Positions 8,185 through 17,062 of a DNA stretch of 28,560 nt are shown here, piece by piece. The notes below the pieces were generated by a model. That model made no database searches and was not told where the DNA came from. It saw only the letters and a program-made list of their open reading frames with translations. The position numbers were made by a program, and so were the translations under genes. The stretch covers positions 1 through 28,560 of IMG/VR virus record IMGVR_UViG_3300032301_000739; one strand, written 5' to 3'. Positions within the stretch are counted from its first letter, which is position 1. Each line of letters begins with the position of its first letter. The DNA comes from a virus. Lineage: Duplodnaviria; Caudoviricetes.

Positions 8185-8864
8185 TGTACACGCTCAATAA
8201 ATTCTTTAGGATAGTTTGTGCTAAAACTAGCCCAACATAATTCATCCATAACTTTCCACGGTTGAGGTTTATCCCATTCAATGCCTAGTCTTTCTAGATG
8301 CTTACGCATTTCGTCTTGGCGTGTTGTGTAGATATGACTTTCAACTTCTGCAATACTGATAGTTGGTTCAGTCGCACGATAGGTAAAAAAATAGTTGATA
8401 CTTTTTAATTTTCCATCAACTACAAAGTAACTGCTAGGATGCATACTGTATTTGTGCAATCCCATATTTTTGTGCGCTTGAATAATATTCAGCATTTGAT
8501 CCTGCCAATCAGGTAGGACCTTATTAAAGTTCTCAGTTAGACAACCTGCCTGTTCCCAAAAGTCCGGACCTTCAATTTCCAAATATATTTTTTTACGTTC
8601 TAAATCTATCTCGAGAATTTTAGGAACCAAGTCAGGGTATTTGTTACGCATCTGTGTTAGGTAGTTTACTTCACGTAACCATTTTTCTTCCATTTTGTCA
8701 GGAGACACAACTTGGTTCTTACCTTTGTGATATTCTGTATCATTATGATACCATTGAACAAATACAGAGCTGTCTTCGGACATAAGACTTGTGTATATTA
8801 AATTATTTCGGCAAGGACCATTGCCAGGTACATTGTTGTAATAGTAATTAAATTTTCCATCCAT
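8172..8864 (-). CDS. Protein-kinase-like fold protein with degenerate catalytic motifs
   Basis: WLREVNYL...VPKILEID..KKIYLE (alphaC to hinge). HKNMGLHKYSMHPSS lies at the HxDxxxxN position and KSINYF at the DFG position. Start chosen at 8864 (MDGKF). Confidence 0.55.
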   Translation of the reverse strand: MDGKFNYYYNNVPGNGPCRNNLIYTSLMSEDSSVFVQWYHNDTEYHKGKNQVVSPDKMEEKWLREVNYLTQMRNKYPDLVPKILEIDLERKKIYLEIEGPDFWEQAGCLTENFNKVLPDWQDQMLNIIQAHKNMGLHKYSMHPSSYFVVDGKLKSINYFFTYRATEPTISIAEVESHIYTTRQDEMRKHLERLGIEWDKPQPWKVMDELCWASFSTNYPKEFIERVQCIK

Positions 8865-8868
8865 ACAG

Positions 8869-8883
8869 TAATTATCATAAATA
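8869..8883. promoter_or_regulatory. Back-to-back late-like promoter boxes of a divergent junction
   Basis: CATAAATA (+, 8876-8883) is 6 nt before ATG 8890; the variant GATAATTA (-, 8869-8876) is 4 nt before ATG 8864. Confidence 0.5.
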
Positions 8884-8889
8884 TTTGCC

Positions 8890-9930
8890 ATGAACAAAAT
8901 AAGTGATACTATTTCTCTGTGTGAGAATTGTTACAGACATGTACCTGCTGTAAAGTTTGAAAGAGACAATTCAATTTGGTTAGGTAAAACTTGCCCGAAA
9001 CACGGATACCACGAAGAAATGGTAGATATCAATTCTACGTTTTATATCAATCAACAATACGAAAAGCGCAGGCCAAGTTCATATTGGTTAGATATCACCA
9101 ATCGTTGCAACCTAGACTGCCCGCATTGTTATCAAATGCCCGACAACACCAGCAAAGATCCAAGCATCGATTACTTGTTAGCTGAAGTTCAGTCGTGGCC
9201 AGATAATGGATATCCTGTGAGCCTAGTTGGTGCTGAACCTACTGTGAGAAAAGACCTTGCTGATTTGGTGCTGGCTATACAGGCATTGCCCGGCAAGACC
9301 AGAAATGTTATAATAGTTACTAACGGTGTATACTTGGCCAAATGGGATTACGTAGAACGCTTTAAGGGAATACCTAGACTTAAATGGACATTCGGGCTTA
9401 ACCATCCTGAGTACAACGGCGGACAAATTCGAGACAAGCAGATGATTGGTTTAGAAAATTGCCTTAAGCTAGGACTAGATGTAAAGACATTGACTTATAC
9501 CTTGGCTGATTTAGAACAGTTGGCTGATGTAATGCACGAAGTACAGAAGTTTAAAATCAATGCTAGAATTCAAGTGGGTGTTGAAATTGGTCGAGTACCG
9601 GAAGGCGATTTCAAAGAATTATACTTGTCCGAACTAGTGGCTGTTGCCGAGCAGTTTTGCAAAGACAACAACTGGACATGGGAACCTGATTATATCAGTG
9701 GCAATCGTACACATTTTGCTGTTCGTATCAACGGCATCGAACATAAGTTTATCAAATGGTGTGATGTGAGAACCATAGATTTAGAAGAAGTACAGAGCGA
9801 GTCCTGGGCTAGCATTGTTCCCGGTAAACCCATGAGTCCACTATTGCATCAAGTTATTTTAAGAGATCAAGCAGTCAACCGAGGACAGATGTTGTTGGAT
9901 ACAGTACCTGAAAAATATAGACATGAATAA
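8890..9930 (+). CDS. Radical SAM protein with an N-terminal CxxC...CxxH metal-binding domain (MJ0619/Tes-like architecture)
   Basis: TISLCENC...KTCPKHG; DITNRCNLDCPHC; GAEPTVR; IVTNG. Confidence 0.85.
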   Translation: MNKISDTISLCENCYRHVPAVKFERDNSIWLGKTCPKHGYHEEMVDINSTFYINQQYEKRRPSSYWLDITNRCNLDCPHCYQMPDNTSKDPSIDYLLAEVQSWPDNGYPVSLVGAEPTVRKDLADLVLAIQALPGKTRNVIIVTNGVYLAKWDYVERFKGIPRLKWTFGLNHPEYNGGQIRDKQMIGLENCLKLGLDVKTLTYTLADLEQLADVMHEVQKFKINARIQVGVEIGRVPEGDFKELYLSELVAVAEQFCKDNNWTWEPDYISGNRTHFAVRINGIEHKFIKWCDVRTIDLEEVQSESWASIVPGKPMSPLLHQVILRDQAVNRGQMLLDTVPEKYRHE

Positions 9931-10987
9931 AATACACGATACAACATCAGTATGTGAACACTGCTACAGGCATGTGCCTGCTGTGCTTTTTGAACGAGAT
10001 AGCTCTATATGGCTGAGTAAAAAATGTAAGTGGCATGGTGAAAGTGAATATCTAGTAGAACCCAATGCTGATTTTTACATCAATTACAAATATGATAGAC
10101 CAACAAACAAAACATATTGTCTAGATATTACCAACCGATGTAATTTAAACTGTCCCCATTGCTACCAAATTCCAGATAACATGAGCAAGGATCCTAGTAT
10201 AGAAGAAATACTTGATATTATCAATGCCTGGGAAGATGATGGATACGCCATTGCTTTGATGGGTGCTGAACCCACAACAAGAAAAGACTTGCCAGAATTA
10301 TGCAGAGCCATACAAGCATTGCCAGGCAAGGCTCGTTCTATAATGATTTTAACCAACGGTGTGTATCTTTCTGATATCGAATATACCGAACAATTTGCAG
10401 ACATGACCAATGTATTTTGGACCATAGGTTTAAACCACCCGGATTACCAAGGACACACAGTTAGAAAGAAACAAATGGAAGGCATTGCAAATTGCATGGC
10501 ATTAGGAATGCCAATTAAAAATATCAGCTATACCCTTGAAACTATCAACCAGTTGGAGTATTGCTTAGAAGAAATACAAGAATTTGGAAAAACTCTTAGT
10601 CCACATAACTACAGAATTCGTGTAGGCACAGACATTGGCCGTCATCCTGGAGAGGAAAAAGTATACCTGTCAGAACTGGTAGATATGGTAATGGCTATTT
10701 GTGATAAAAAAGGATGGGAGTACAAGTATGAACCATCTTACGGAATTAGAGTACATTATCCGTTACGTATTAATGGTATATTAGTCAAGATAATTCAATG
10801 GCCTGATGTTCGTACACTTGACCTAGAAGAGGATCAAACAGAATCATGGGCAGACATCATACCAGGTAAACCAGTGTCACCGTTAGTACATCAAGTTATA
10901 TTACGAGACGGGGCCGTAAATAAAAACTTGCCGTTATACGATACGGTACCAGAAAAATATCAAAGGAAATATGATGCACGGGATTAA
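9923..10987 (+). CDS. Radical SAM protein, tandem paralogue of 8890..9930
   Basis: TTSVCEHC...KKCKWHG; DITNRCNLNCPHC; GAEPTTR; ILTNG; shared C-terminal ESWA..PGKP.SPL.HQVILRD. Confidence 0.85.
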   Translation: MNKIHDTTSVCEHCYRHVPAVLFERDSSIWLSKKCKWHGESEYLVEPNADFYINYKYDRPTNKTYCLDITNRCNLNCPHCYQIPDNMSKDPSIEEILDIINAWEDDGYAIALMGAEPTTRKDLPELCRAIQALPGKARSIMILTNGVYLSDIEYTEQFADMTNVFWTIGLNHPDYQGHTVRKKQMEGIANCMALGMPIKNISYTLETINQLEYCLEEIQEFGKTLSPHNYRIRVGTDIGRHPGEEKVYLSELVDMVMAICDKKGWEYKYEPSYGIRVHYPLRINGILVKIIQWPDVRTLDLEEDQTESWADIIPGKPVSPLVHQVILRDGAVNKNLPLYDTVPEKYQRKYDARD

Positions 10988-11774
10988 TAATCGACCCTAC
11001 TTTGATATGACTCCATATCTGGATATGAATCAGTTTGATAAACTACAACCTGAGATATTAACAGGCTTCGCACTAGCACGTGAGTATGCTAAAGAAGGCA
11101 CATGGATGAAGCCAGGATTTACTTTTAACAACATGAGCTATAAACTGTCATGGAAACCTATCTATCAGTCCATGGATGAGTTTATGGAGTTGCCTAAAGA
11201 TGATCCTATATATCAAGCCGGCATAAAATTAATGCCAACAGATTTTAAAAACTTTCAACAACGCAACAAGTTTACACGCTTCCTAAAAATGGCAATGGGT
11301 GCATACGATCCATACATTTACTATTACTTGTGGGAAGAAGGTTCGTGGGATGATAGAACAGCACCACGCAAACTAACGCCAGAAGCAGAATACTTTCCTA
11401 ATGTAGTTAAATGGGTTGAAAGCCTAGTAGGTACAGTGTTTGAAGACATTGGTCGTGTTATATTCTTTCATTGTGAAGCAGACGGCATTCCGTTTGAACA
11501 TAGAGACTTAGATGCACGTAACGGTGTCGATGTAGTTAAACCACATCGCAACGAATTTATACACATCCGTCCTAATACAAAGAAGGCTATGTATCTATGG
11601 GATCCAGAAACTAAAGATAAGACATACTTAAACTGTCGTGCTGCATGGTGGAATGATGTAGACTGGCACGGTGGTGAACGTATTATGGAACAAAGTTACA
11701 GTTTGCGTATTGATGGCAAGTTTACAGAAGCGTTCCGTAAACAATTAGGCATAGATCATCTGGACACATACTAA
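10971..11774 (+). CDS. Putative Fe(II)/2OG-type oxygenase, paralogue of 3144..3872
   Basis: GIPFEHRD...EFIHI...WWNDVDWHGG...YSLRIDG. Confidence 0.55.
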   Translation: MMHGINNRPYFDMTPYLDMNQFDKLQPEILTGFALAREYAKEGTWMKPGFTFNNMSYKLSWKPIYQSMDEFMELPKDDPIYQAGIKLMPTDFKNFQQRNKFTRFLKMAMGAYDPYIYYYLWEEGSWDDRTAPRKLTPEAEYFPNVVKWVESLVGTVFEDIGRVIFFHCEADGIPFEHRDLDARNGVDVVKPHRNEFIHIRPNTKKAMYLWDPETKDKTYLNCRAAWWNDVDWHGGERIMEQSYSLRIDGKFTEAFRKQLGIDHLDTY

Positions 11775-12298
11775 TGAAATACATAGGCAATTTTGTAGAC
11801 TGGATCGATGAGCAAGGAATTATCGAACACCTTACGGCATGTCAAGGTGATCGTACTCCTGTATGGCAACCAGATAGATGGACAGGTAATCCAACTTTAG
11901 AAAAATTTACAGAAATGGCCCGACCTGGTTATTCTAATAACAAATATTTCTTTCATCAGATGAATCCAAAATCTAAAGAAATGCAAGCGTTTAAATTTAC
12001 CCTGCCAGACGTTCCCGAAAAGCGTACACACGTTAATTGGTGGTTTGTTATGTTGTACCCTGGAGAGTTCCAAGCCATGCACATAGATCCACAATTAACT
12101 GAAGTCAGTAATCCTGTACGTTATACTATGTTTCTACAAGATTGGGAACCTGGACACATATTTGTTTATGATGATAAAGTTGCCGCTAACTACAAAGCAG
12201 GTGATTTATTCGAATGGAGTGATCCTATGACTATGCATGGTCCTGCAAACATTGGTTATCACACAAGGTACACTTTACAAATAACTATGTACGATTGA
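11774..12298 (+). CDS. Small Fe(II)/2OG oxygenase-like protein
   Basis: LYPGEFQAMHID...RYTMFLQDW..GH...MHGPANIG..RYTLQIT gives HxD...H...R; TAATG coupling. Confidence 0.65.
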   Translation: MKYIGNFVDWIDEQGIIEHLTACQGDRTPVWQPDRWTGNPTLEKFTEMARPGYSNNKYFFHQMNPKSKEMQAFKFTLPDVPEKRTHVNWWFVMLYPGEFQAMHIDPQLTEVSNPVRYTMFLQDWEPGHIFVYDDKVAANYKAGDLFEWSDPMTMHGPANIGYHTRYTLQITMYD

Positions 12299-12307
12299 GA
12301 TTAGAAA

Positions 12308-12832
12308 ATGAAATTTGTTGGTAACTATAAATCTTGGATGGACGAACAAAAAATTATAGAGCACCTAGCATCTTGCAAAGGTGAGCGCAGTCCAATGTGG
12401 AAGCCCGATATCTATCACAGCCATCCGTTATTAGAAAAATATCTAGAACTTGGCAGGCCTGGTTATTCTGATAATCGTTTTTCCTTTCATTTATTAGGAC
12501 CCAATTCTCCCGAGATGCAAGATTTTAAATTTACCCTGCCAGAGTTGCCTGAAACTCGTAGTACATTAAATTGGTGGTTTGTAAAATTATATCCTGGAGA
12601 GTTTCAAGCTATACATGTAGATCCGCATCTAATGGAGGTTAAAAATCTTGTAAGGTATACAATGTTCCTACAGGATTGGGAACTTGGACATATTTTTGTA
12701 TGGGACGACAAATACATATCCGATTACAAAGCTGGAGATATGTTTGAATGGAGCGATCCTGCAACTCCGCACGGTCCTGCAAATATAGGGTTTAATGTAA
12801 GACACACCTTACAAATAACCATGCACGACTAA
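12308..12832 (+). CDS. Small Fe(II)/2OG oxygenase-like protein, tandem duplicate
   Basis: Same length (174 aa) and gap-free alignment with the upstream gene; HVD...PHGPANIG..RHTLQIT. Confidence 0.65.
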   Translation: MKFVGNYKSWMDEQKIIEHLASCKGERSPMWKPDIYHSHPLLEKYLELGRPGYSDNRFSFHLLGPNSPEMQDFKFTLPELPETRSTLNWWFVKLYPGEFQAIHVDPHLMEVKNLVRYTMFLQDWELGHIFVWDDKYISDYKAGDMFEWSDPATPHGPANIGFNVRHTLQITMHD

Positions 12833-12833
12833 A

Positions 12834-13655
12834 ATGTTAGATCAAAATCTTTTAAATTTTATAAAAAATAAAAGTCCGTCACGTGTTAGTACACTATCGG
12901 ATATGATTCAGTTTGGTTGTTTACAGTATGCAAACGAATATTTTGATGAATATAGTAATTTTGGAATAGTTAAGTATTATTCTAAAGAAGAGGAAGATAA
13001 TTCTAAAAAAGATTGGCCAGATGACTTTAGTTATTTTATAAATGACATAGGATTTAGAGGTAACTATCCTAGCCCCGATGATAAAAAATTATTTGCGTTT
13101 TTTGGTTGCAGTATATCCTTTGGGCAGGGTCTTCCAGAACATCAAATTTATGCTGATTTAATTTCTAAACATTATAATAAAAAATATTTAAATTTAGGAA
13201 TTCCCGGAGCAGGCATTCATCGAACAGCACTAACGTTGTCTGCCGCATCAAAAATTTGGAATATCGAAACAGCAGTAATAAATCTCCCACCCTTTTCAAG
13301 ACTCCACTATGTCGACACTAATAATAGATTACAATCAATTCTGTTAACTCATAACACTGATCTGAAAGATATAGAAAATGTACGTATTTCTATTTTAAAA
13401 AATTTTAGTAATCAATTTTTAGCAGCAGATTCTATAGATGCTATAGAATGGATATTAGATATTGCTAAATCAAAAAAAATTAATCTAGTGTTGTCTAGTT
13501 GGGACGATGATACTATTCAATTAGTTAGAGCAGGATTTAGTCTAGATATACTTAAATTTAATATGATTGATCAAGCAAGAGATAGTCATCCCGGAATACA
13601 ATCACATAAAGCGTTTGCTGACCAAGTAATTAATACCCTAGCAAGTGAAACATAA
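12834..13655 (+). CDS. SGNH/GDSL hydrolase-fold protein
   Basis: IN..GFRG, FFGCSISFGQG (block I), NLGIPGAG (block II), ARDSHPG (block V). Confidence 0.65.
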   Translation: MLDQNLLNFIKNKSPSRVSTLSDMIQFGCLQYANEYFDEYSNFGIVKYYSKEEEDNSKKDWPDDFSYFINDIGFRGNYPSPDDKKLFAFFGCSISFGQGLPEHQIYADLISKHYNKKYLNLGIPGAGIHRTALTLSAASKIWNIETAVINLPPFSRLHYVDTNNRLQSILLTHNTDLKDIENVRISILKNFSNQFLAADSIDAIEWILDIAKSKKINLVLSSWDDDTIQLVRAGFSLDILKFNMIDQARDSHPGIQSHKAFADQVINTLASET

Positions 13656-14133
13656 ACTTATTTGAAAGACTACCGTTAATACCGTTGTGCCAATCTCTAT
13701 AACTATTCCATTGTAGAATAGATCCTTGTGGTTTGTTGTAATGATATTCGCGGTCTAGGATGAATAGTTGCCCTACACTAGGTTCACTTATAAACACAGA
13801 GTAACGTTTTATTTCACCATGCTTTAAATATTCTGTTTCGTTATCATCAATGTCGTAATGATAGCCAGTCATGTATCCGGGTTCTACACAACTAATCCAA
13901 CTACGCAAGGCAGTTATTCCTAGTTGTTCCGCAAGGCACGATTCAATAAGATGATCAAAGTGTTTACCCGGGTAATAGTTAGTCCACTTAATTGATGATA
14001 GGTTAAAATTGGCGGCCGTCCATAGCTTTAACATCTCTGCATACTCTGGATTGTTCATGTTCCAGCGTGTAGGATCAACAGTAACTATCTTACCGTTTGA
14101 TAAGTTGCTGATAACTGTATTCCAATCAACCAT
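13630..14133 (-). CDS. Small Fe(II)/2OG oxygenase-like protein
   Basis: WISCVEPGYMTGYHYD...RYSVFI...GQLFI...WHNGING..NKFMFH; distant relative of the 11774/12308 pair. Start set at 14133. Confidence 0.6.
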   Translation of the reverse strand: MVDWNTVISNLSNGKIVTVDPTRWNMNNPEYAEMLKLWTAANFNLSSIKWTNYYPGKHFDHLIESCLAEQLGITALRSWISCVEPGYMTGYHYDIDDNETEYLKHGEIKRYSVFISEPSVGQLFILDREYHYNKPQGSILQWNSYRDWHNGINGSLSNKFMFHLLGY

Positions 14134-14821
14134 TGTAGACTTCTTCAAATATGTCAGCAAACACTGTATTGCCCCAGGATTTTTCTTGTAGATGTTTTGT
14201 TATTGTAATTTCAAAGAACTTTTTAAAATCAATAAAACCTTTTTCATCAGTTGAATGATCAAACCGATAGGCTCCATCCTTGCCTATAATGCCTTCTATA
14301 ATTTTTCTTTCTATAAATCGTTCTTCATACGGAATAACAGCATAGTTGTCTATGGTTTTTAGCTGTCCGTTTTTTGAGATAAAGAAACAGTTTGGATACA
14401 GTGATACCTTCCAGAAATTATTTGCCTTTGTGGAAATAAAGAAGTCTTTCATTTGTGCTTTCCAATTAGGAACTTCTGCGTCTAGGTCTCTACCAGGAGT
14501 GAACAATACCTGTGACAGCGTTTCTTTATTCCATTCCATAAAGATTTTTCTATTATCATAGTCTATATCATACAATTCCGGTGTTGTTTTAAGATGTGAT
14601 AACTCTTTTAAAAATTTAACATCTCGTTTAAAGAACCAGTCTACTAGATCTTCCGGTACTAGAATATCTTCGTTAGGTCTGTATGCTGGATCAATACAAT
14701 AGTGGGCACACATTACTGTTTGCTCTGGATTGACTCTAGGAGTGTACAACAAATTTGAAGGGTATGGTGTTCCAGTTGGGTTTAGTTTATGATAAAAACT
14801 CCAAGTGCTTATATCTGTCAT
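14126..14821 (-). CDS. Protein-kinase-like fold protein, paralogue of 8172..8864
   Basis: NLLYT, FFKRDVKFL, TPELYDID...KIFME, FWKVSLYPNCFF, LKTIDNY all align with the other copy. Confidence 0.5.
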   Translation of the reverse strand: MTDISTWSFYHKLNPTGTPYPSNLLYTPRVNPEQTVMCAHYCIDPAYRPNEDILVPEDLVDWFFKRDVKFLKELSHLKTTPELYDIDYDNRKIFMEWNKETLSQVLFTPGRDLDAEVPNWKAQMKDFFISTKANNFWKVSLYPNCFFISKNGQLKTIDNYAVIPYEERFIERKIIEGIIGKDGAYRFDHSTDEKGFIDFKKFFEITITKHLQEKSWGNTVFADIFEEVYNG

Positions 14822-16362
14822 TGCTTACTCCAATTTAATTTTTTGTTAATATAACTTTGTACTTGGTCTTTGAATTTTTGATCCGAAGTATCTATCTCCG
14901 ATACTCTGTGATCGTATATTTCTTCATAGGAATTTGTTTCGTAATAAGCAAACAATCTGTCTGACAAGAACGGATTGCATCCCCTAAGTCCGACAAATCC
15001 TTTATCAGAATAAAATTCCTGTACCAGAGACTCTGCTTGGTACCAATCCATGGTATTATGCTTCCATATAACCACATCGTTTCTGGTGCTGCCAACACCG
15101 CCACCTCTAGGTGTTGTAGATTTGAATATAACATTGCCTCCACTATCCTTAGATACTTCGTATCCTGGATTTTGTCTAGCTTCTAGTTTGATTAATCCAT
15201 TGCTTACTAGTTCTTTGGTGAAGCGACTTTGGTTGGTAAGTGTTTCGTCATAGTCCGGCACTTCTAATATATGAGCACTTGCACTTTGTCTAGTCCAGTT
15301 GGTATTGAGCCAGTTCAATGATGTATTCCATGACTCCACGCTTTCTCCGGGTATACCACAAATCATCTGTATATTTGCTCTGTAGCGGTTAGGTGCATGT
15401 GTGTCAGTGTATGCTTGAAATGCCAACAATCCATCTTGTAGTTTATCGGGATCCATGCCTTTGCGTACAAGACGACCTGCTTCGTGATTAAATGTTTCAA
15501 TACCCATACTATGTCCCAGGAACCCTAATCTGATATAAGTGTCCCAATATTCACGATGCTTAACTACCAAATCTCCGCGAGCAAATCCGCATATCCAAGG
15601 ATTGTAGTCTAGTTCGTCTACTGCCTCGGCATACTTCTGTAGCTTCTCTGGACGATCATTAAATGTTTCGTCCATTACTCGCCAGTTCTTGATACCCCAT
15701 TTTTCAAATCCGGTTTGCATTTGAAGTTTAAATTGTTCTTTGCTTACACTAACGTCCTTGGCCTGTCCTATAATAGGAAAGTTACAGTAAGAGCAACTAA
15801 ACATACAACCACGAGCTGTTTCAATCTGTGGGCATTCCCAAGGCATCATAAAGTCACGTGTTTCATAGTCCACTAGATAACTGTCTAATGGAGCACTAGG
15901 ATAATGATACAATCCTCTTATAACTTTCTTACTGCCAAAGAACGCAGGATCAGTTAATAACGGTACACCAAGGGTTCCGATAAGATGCTGACATAATGCC
16001 AGTACAGCATTCTCACCATAACTGTCTACCCAATAATCTACTCCTTCAGCAGGTGTAACCAAGGCATTGTTACCGCCTACTACAACAGGTATAGTAGGGT
16101 ATGTTAGTTTAAGCCATGCAATGAATTCGTTTAAGTAAGGACTCCATGGATTTAAAAATGCTGTGCCAAAACAGAACATGACTGTTTTGTCTGTGGTACG
16201 TGAACGTACTAGTTCTTGTAGTTCTTCTAATTTCCAGAATGCTGCGAAGTCCATAACTTCTGCATCCCAGTCATTCATTCGCAAGTATGTAGCTACTCGG
16301 TGACTCCAAAGAGCACGTTCCCATCGTTTGCCTGTTAATGAAAAGAACAATACGTGATTCAT
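14818..16362 (-). CDS. Cobalamin-binding radical SAM protein (class B methyltransferase-like)
   Basis: N-terminal ATYLR...VMD...VVVGG...YGENA B12-type domain; IETARGCMFSCSYC; DETFN; MGIET; ICGIPGES. Confidence 0.85.
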   Translation of the reverse strand: MNHVLFFSLTGKRWERALWSHRVATYLRMNDWDAEVMDFAAFWKLEELQELVRSRTTDKTVMFCFGTAFLNPWSPYLNEFIAWLKLTYPTIPVVVGGNNALVTPAEGVDYWVDSYGENAVLALCQHLIGTLGVPLLTDPAFFGSKKVIRGLYHYPSAPLDSYLVDYETRDFMMPWECPQIETARGCMFSCSYCNFPIIGQAKDVSVSKEQFKLQMQTGFEKWGIKNWRVMDETFNDRPEKLQKYAEAVDELDYNPWICGFARGDLVVKHREYWDTYIRLGFLGHSMGIETFNHEAGRLVRKGMDPDKLQDGLLAFQAYTDTHAPNRYRANIQMICGIPGESVESWNTSLNWLNTNWTRQSASAHILEVPDYDETLTNQSRFTKELVSNGLIKLEARQNPGYEVSKDSGGNVIFKSTTPRGGGVGSTRNDVVIWKHNTMDWYQAESLVQEFYSDKGFVGLRGCNPFLSDRLFAYYETNSYEEIYDHRVSEIDTSDQKFKDQVQSYINKKLNWSKQ

Positions 16363-17024
16363 GCCAATTTAAATTCTTCTGGTAAAATATTTGTTAGGGA
16401 TTCTAGTTTATTCTGCTCTATGTTAAACTTTATTGATAATGCACCTTGTATGAAGTTGTTTATAAAACCTAATTTGTTTGCTTCGTTGAACCAAGGACTC
16501 AGAGTGTTGTCAAATAAGAATCTAGCATAGTTGGGATTTTCCATGCTTGTAACTAATGACACTTCGATGGGGTTGAACAACTTGTTTTTCTTTAACAGTT
16601 TACGTATGACTAATTGTACTCTTGCCTTACGCCCAAAGTTTGTTGCCGTATGCAAAAAGCTAGCATCCATGTCATACCAAATACCATCTTGTGATAGCGG
16701 GTACATTGTTTCTTGCACTAGGTTAATTAGATAGCTGTTGTCACCCAATATGTTTAAATGATATCTATCGTCTATATCTGCATGGGTTTGATAGCAATGG
16801 CCGGGATCTAAAATAATAATCCTTGCTTCTCCTTTAATTACAGGCAACGAATTATACAATGTTTCCCAAACTGTTCCCTTATACTCATCTTTTAAAATCC
16901 AAGGGTCATAGAAAAAATCGCCAGTTGGCTGGTTGATTGTTGTTTTCATTTCTCCAGTGGGCAAATAATTCAAAGCCTCTTGAAATAAATTCGGTTCAAC
17001 TGTATATTTGGTAGGAGTGAGCAT
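16359..17024 (-). CDS. Asp/Asn beta-hydroxylase-like Fe(II)/2OG oxygenase with a C-terminal extension
   Basis: GEARIIILDPGHCYQTHADIDDRYHLNI...WYDMDA..LHTATNFG..RVQLVI. Confidence 0.7.
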   Translation of the reverse strand: MLTPTKYTVEPNLFQEALNYLPTGEMKTTINQPTGDFFYDPWILKDEYKGTVWETLYNSLPVIKGEARIIILDPGHCYQTHADIDDRYHLNILGDNSYLINLVQETMYPLSQDGIWYDMDASFLHTATNFGRKARVQLVIRKLLKKNKLFNPIEVSLVTSMENPNYARFLFDNTLSPWFNEANKLGFINNFIQGALSIKFNIEQNKLESLTNILPEEFKLA

Positions 17025-17028
17025 GAAA

Positions 17029-17058
17029 TATTTATGTGCTACTATTATGGTGTAAATA
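17029..17058. promoter_or_regulatory. Divergent pair of late-like TAAATA boxes
   Basis: CATAAATA (-, 17029-17036) is 4 nt before ATG 17024; TGTAAATA (+, 17051-17058) is 4 nt before ATG 17063; the whole intergenic gap is 38 bp. Confidence 0.65.
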
Positions 17059-17062
17059 AAAC

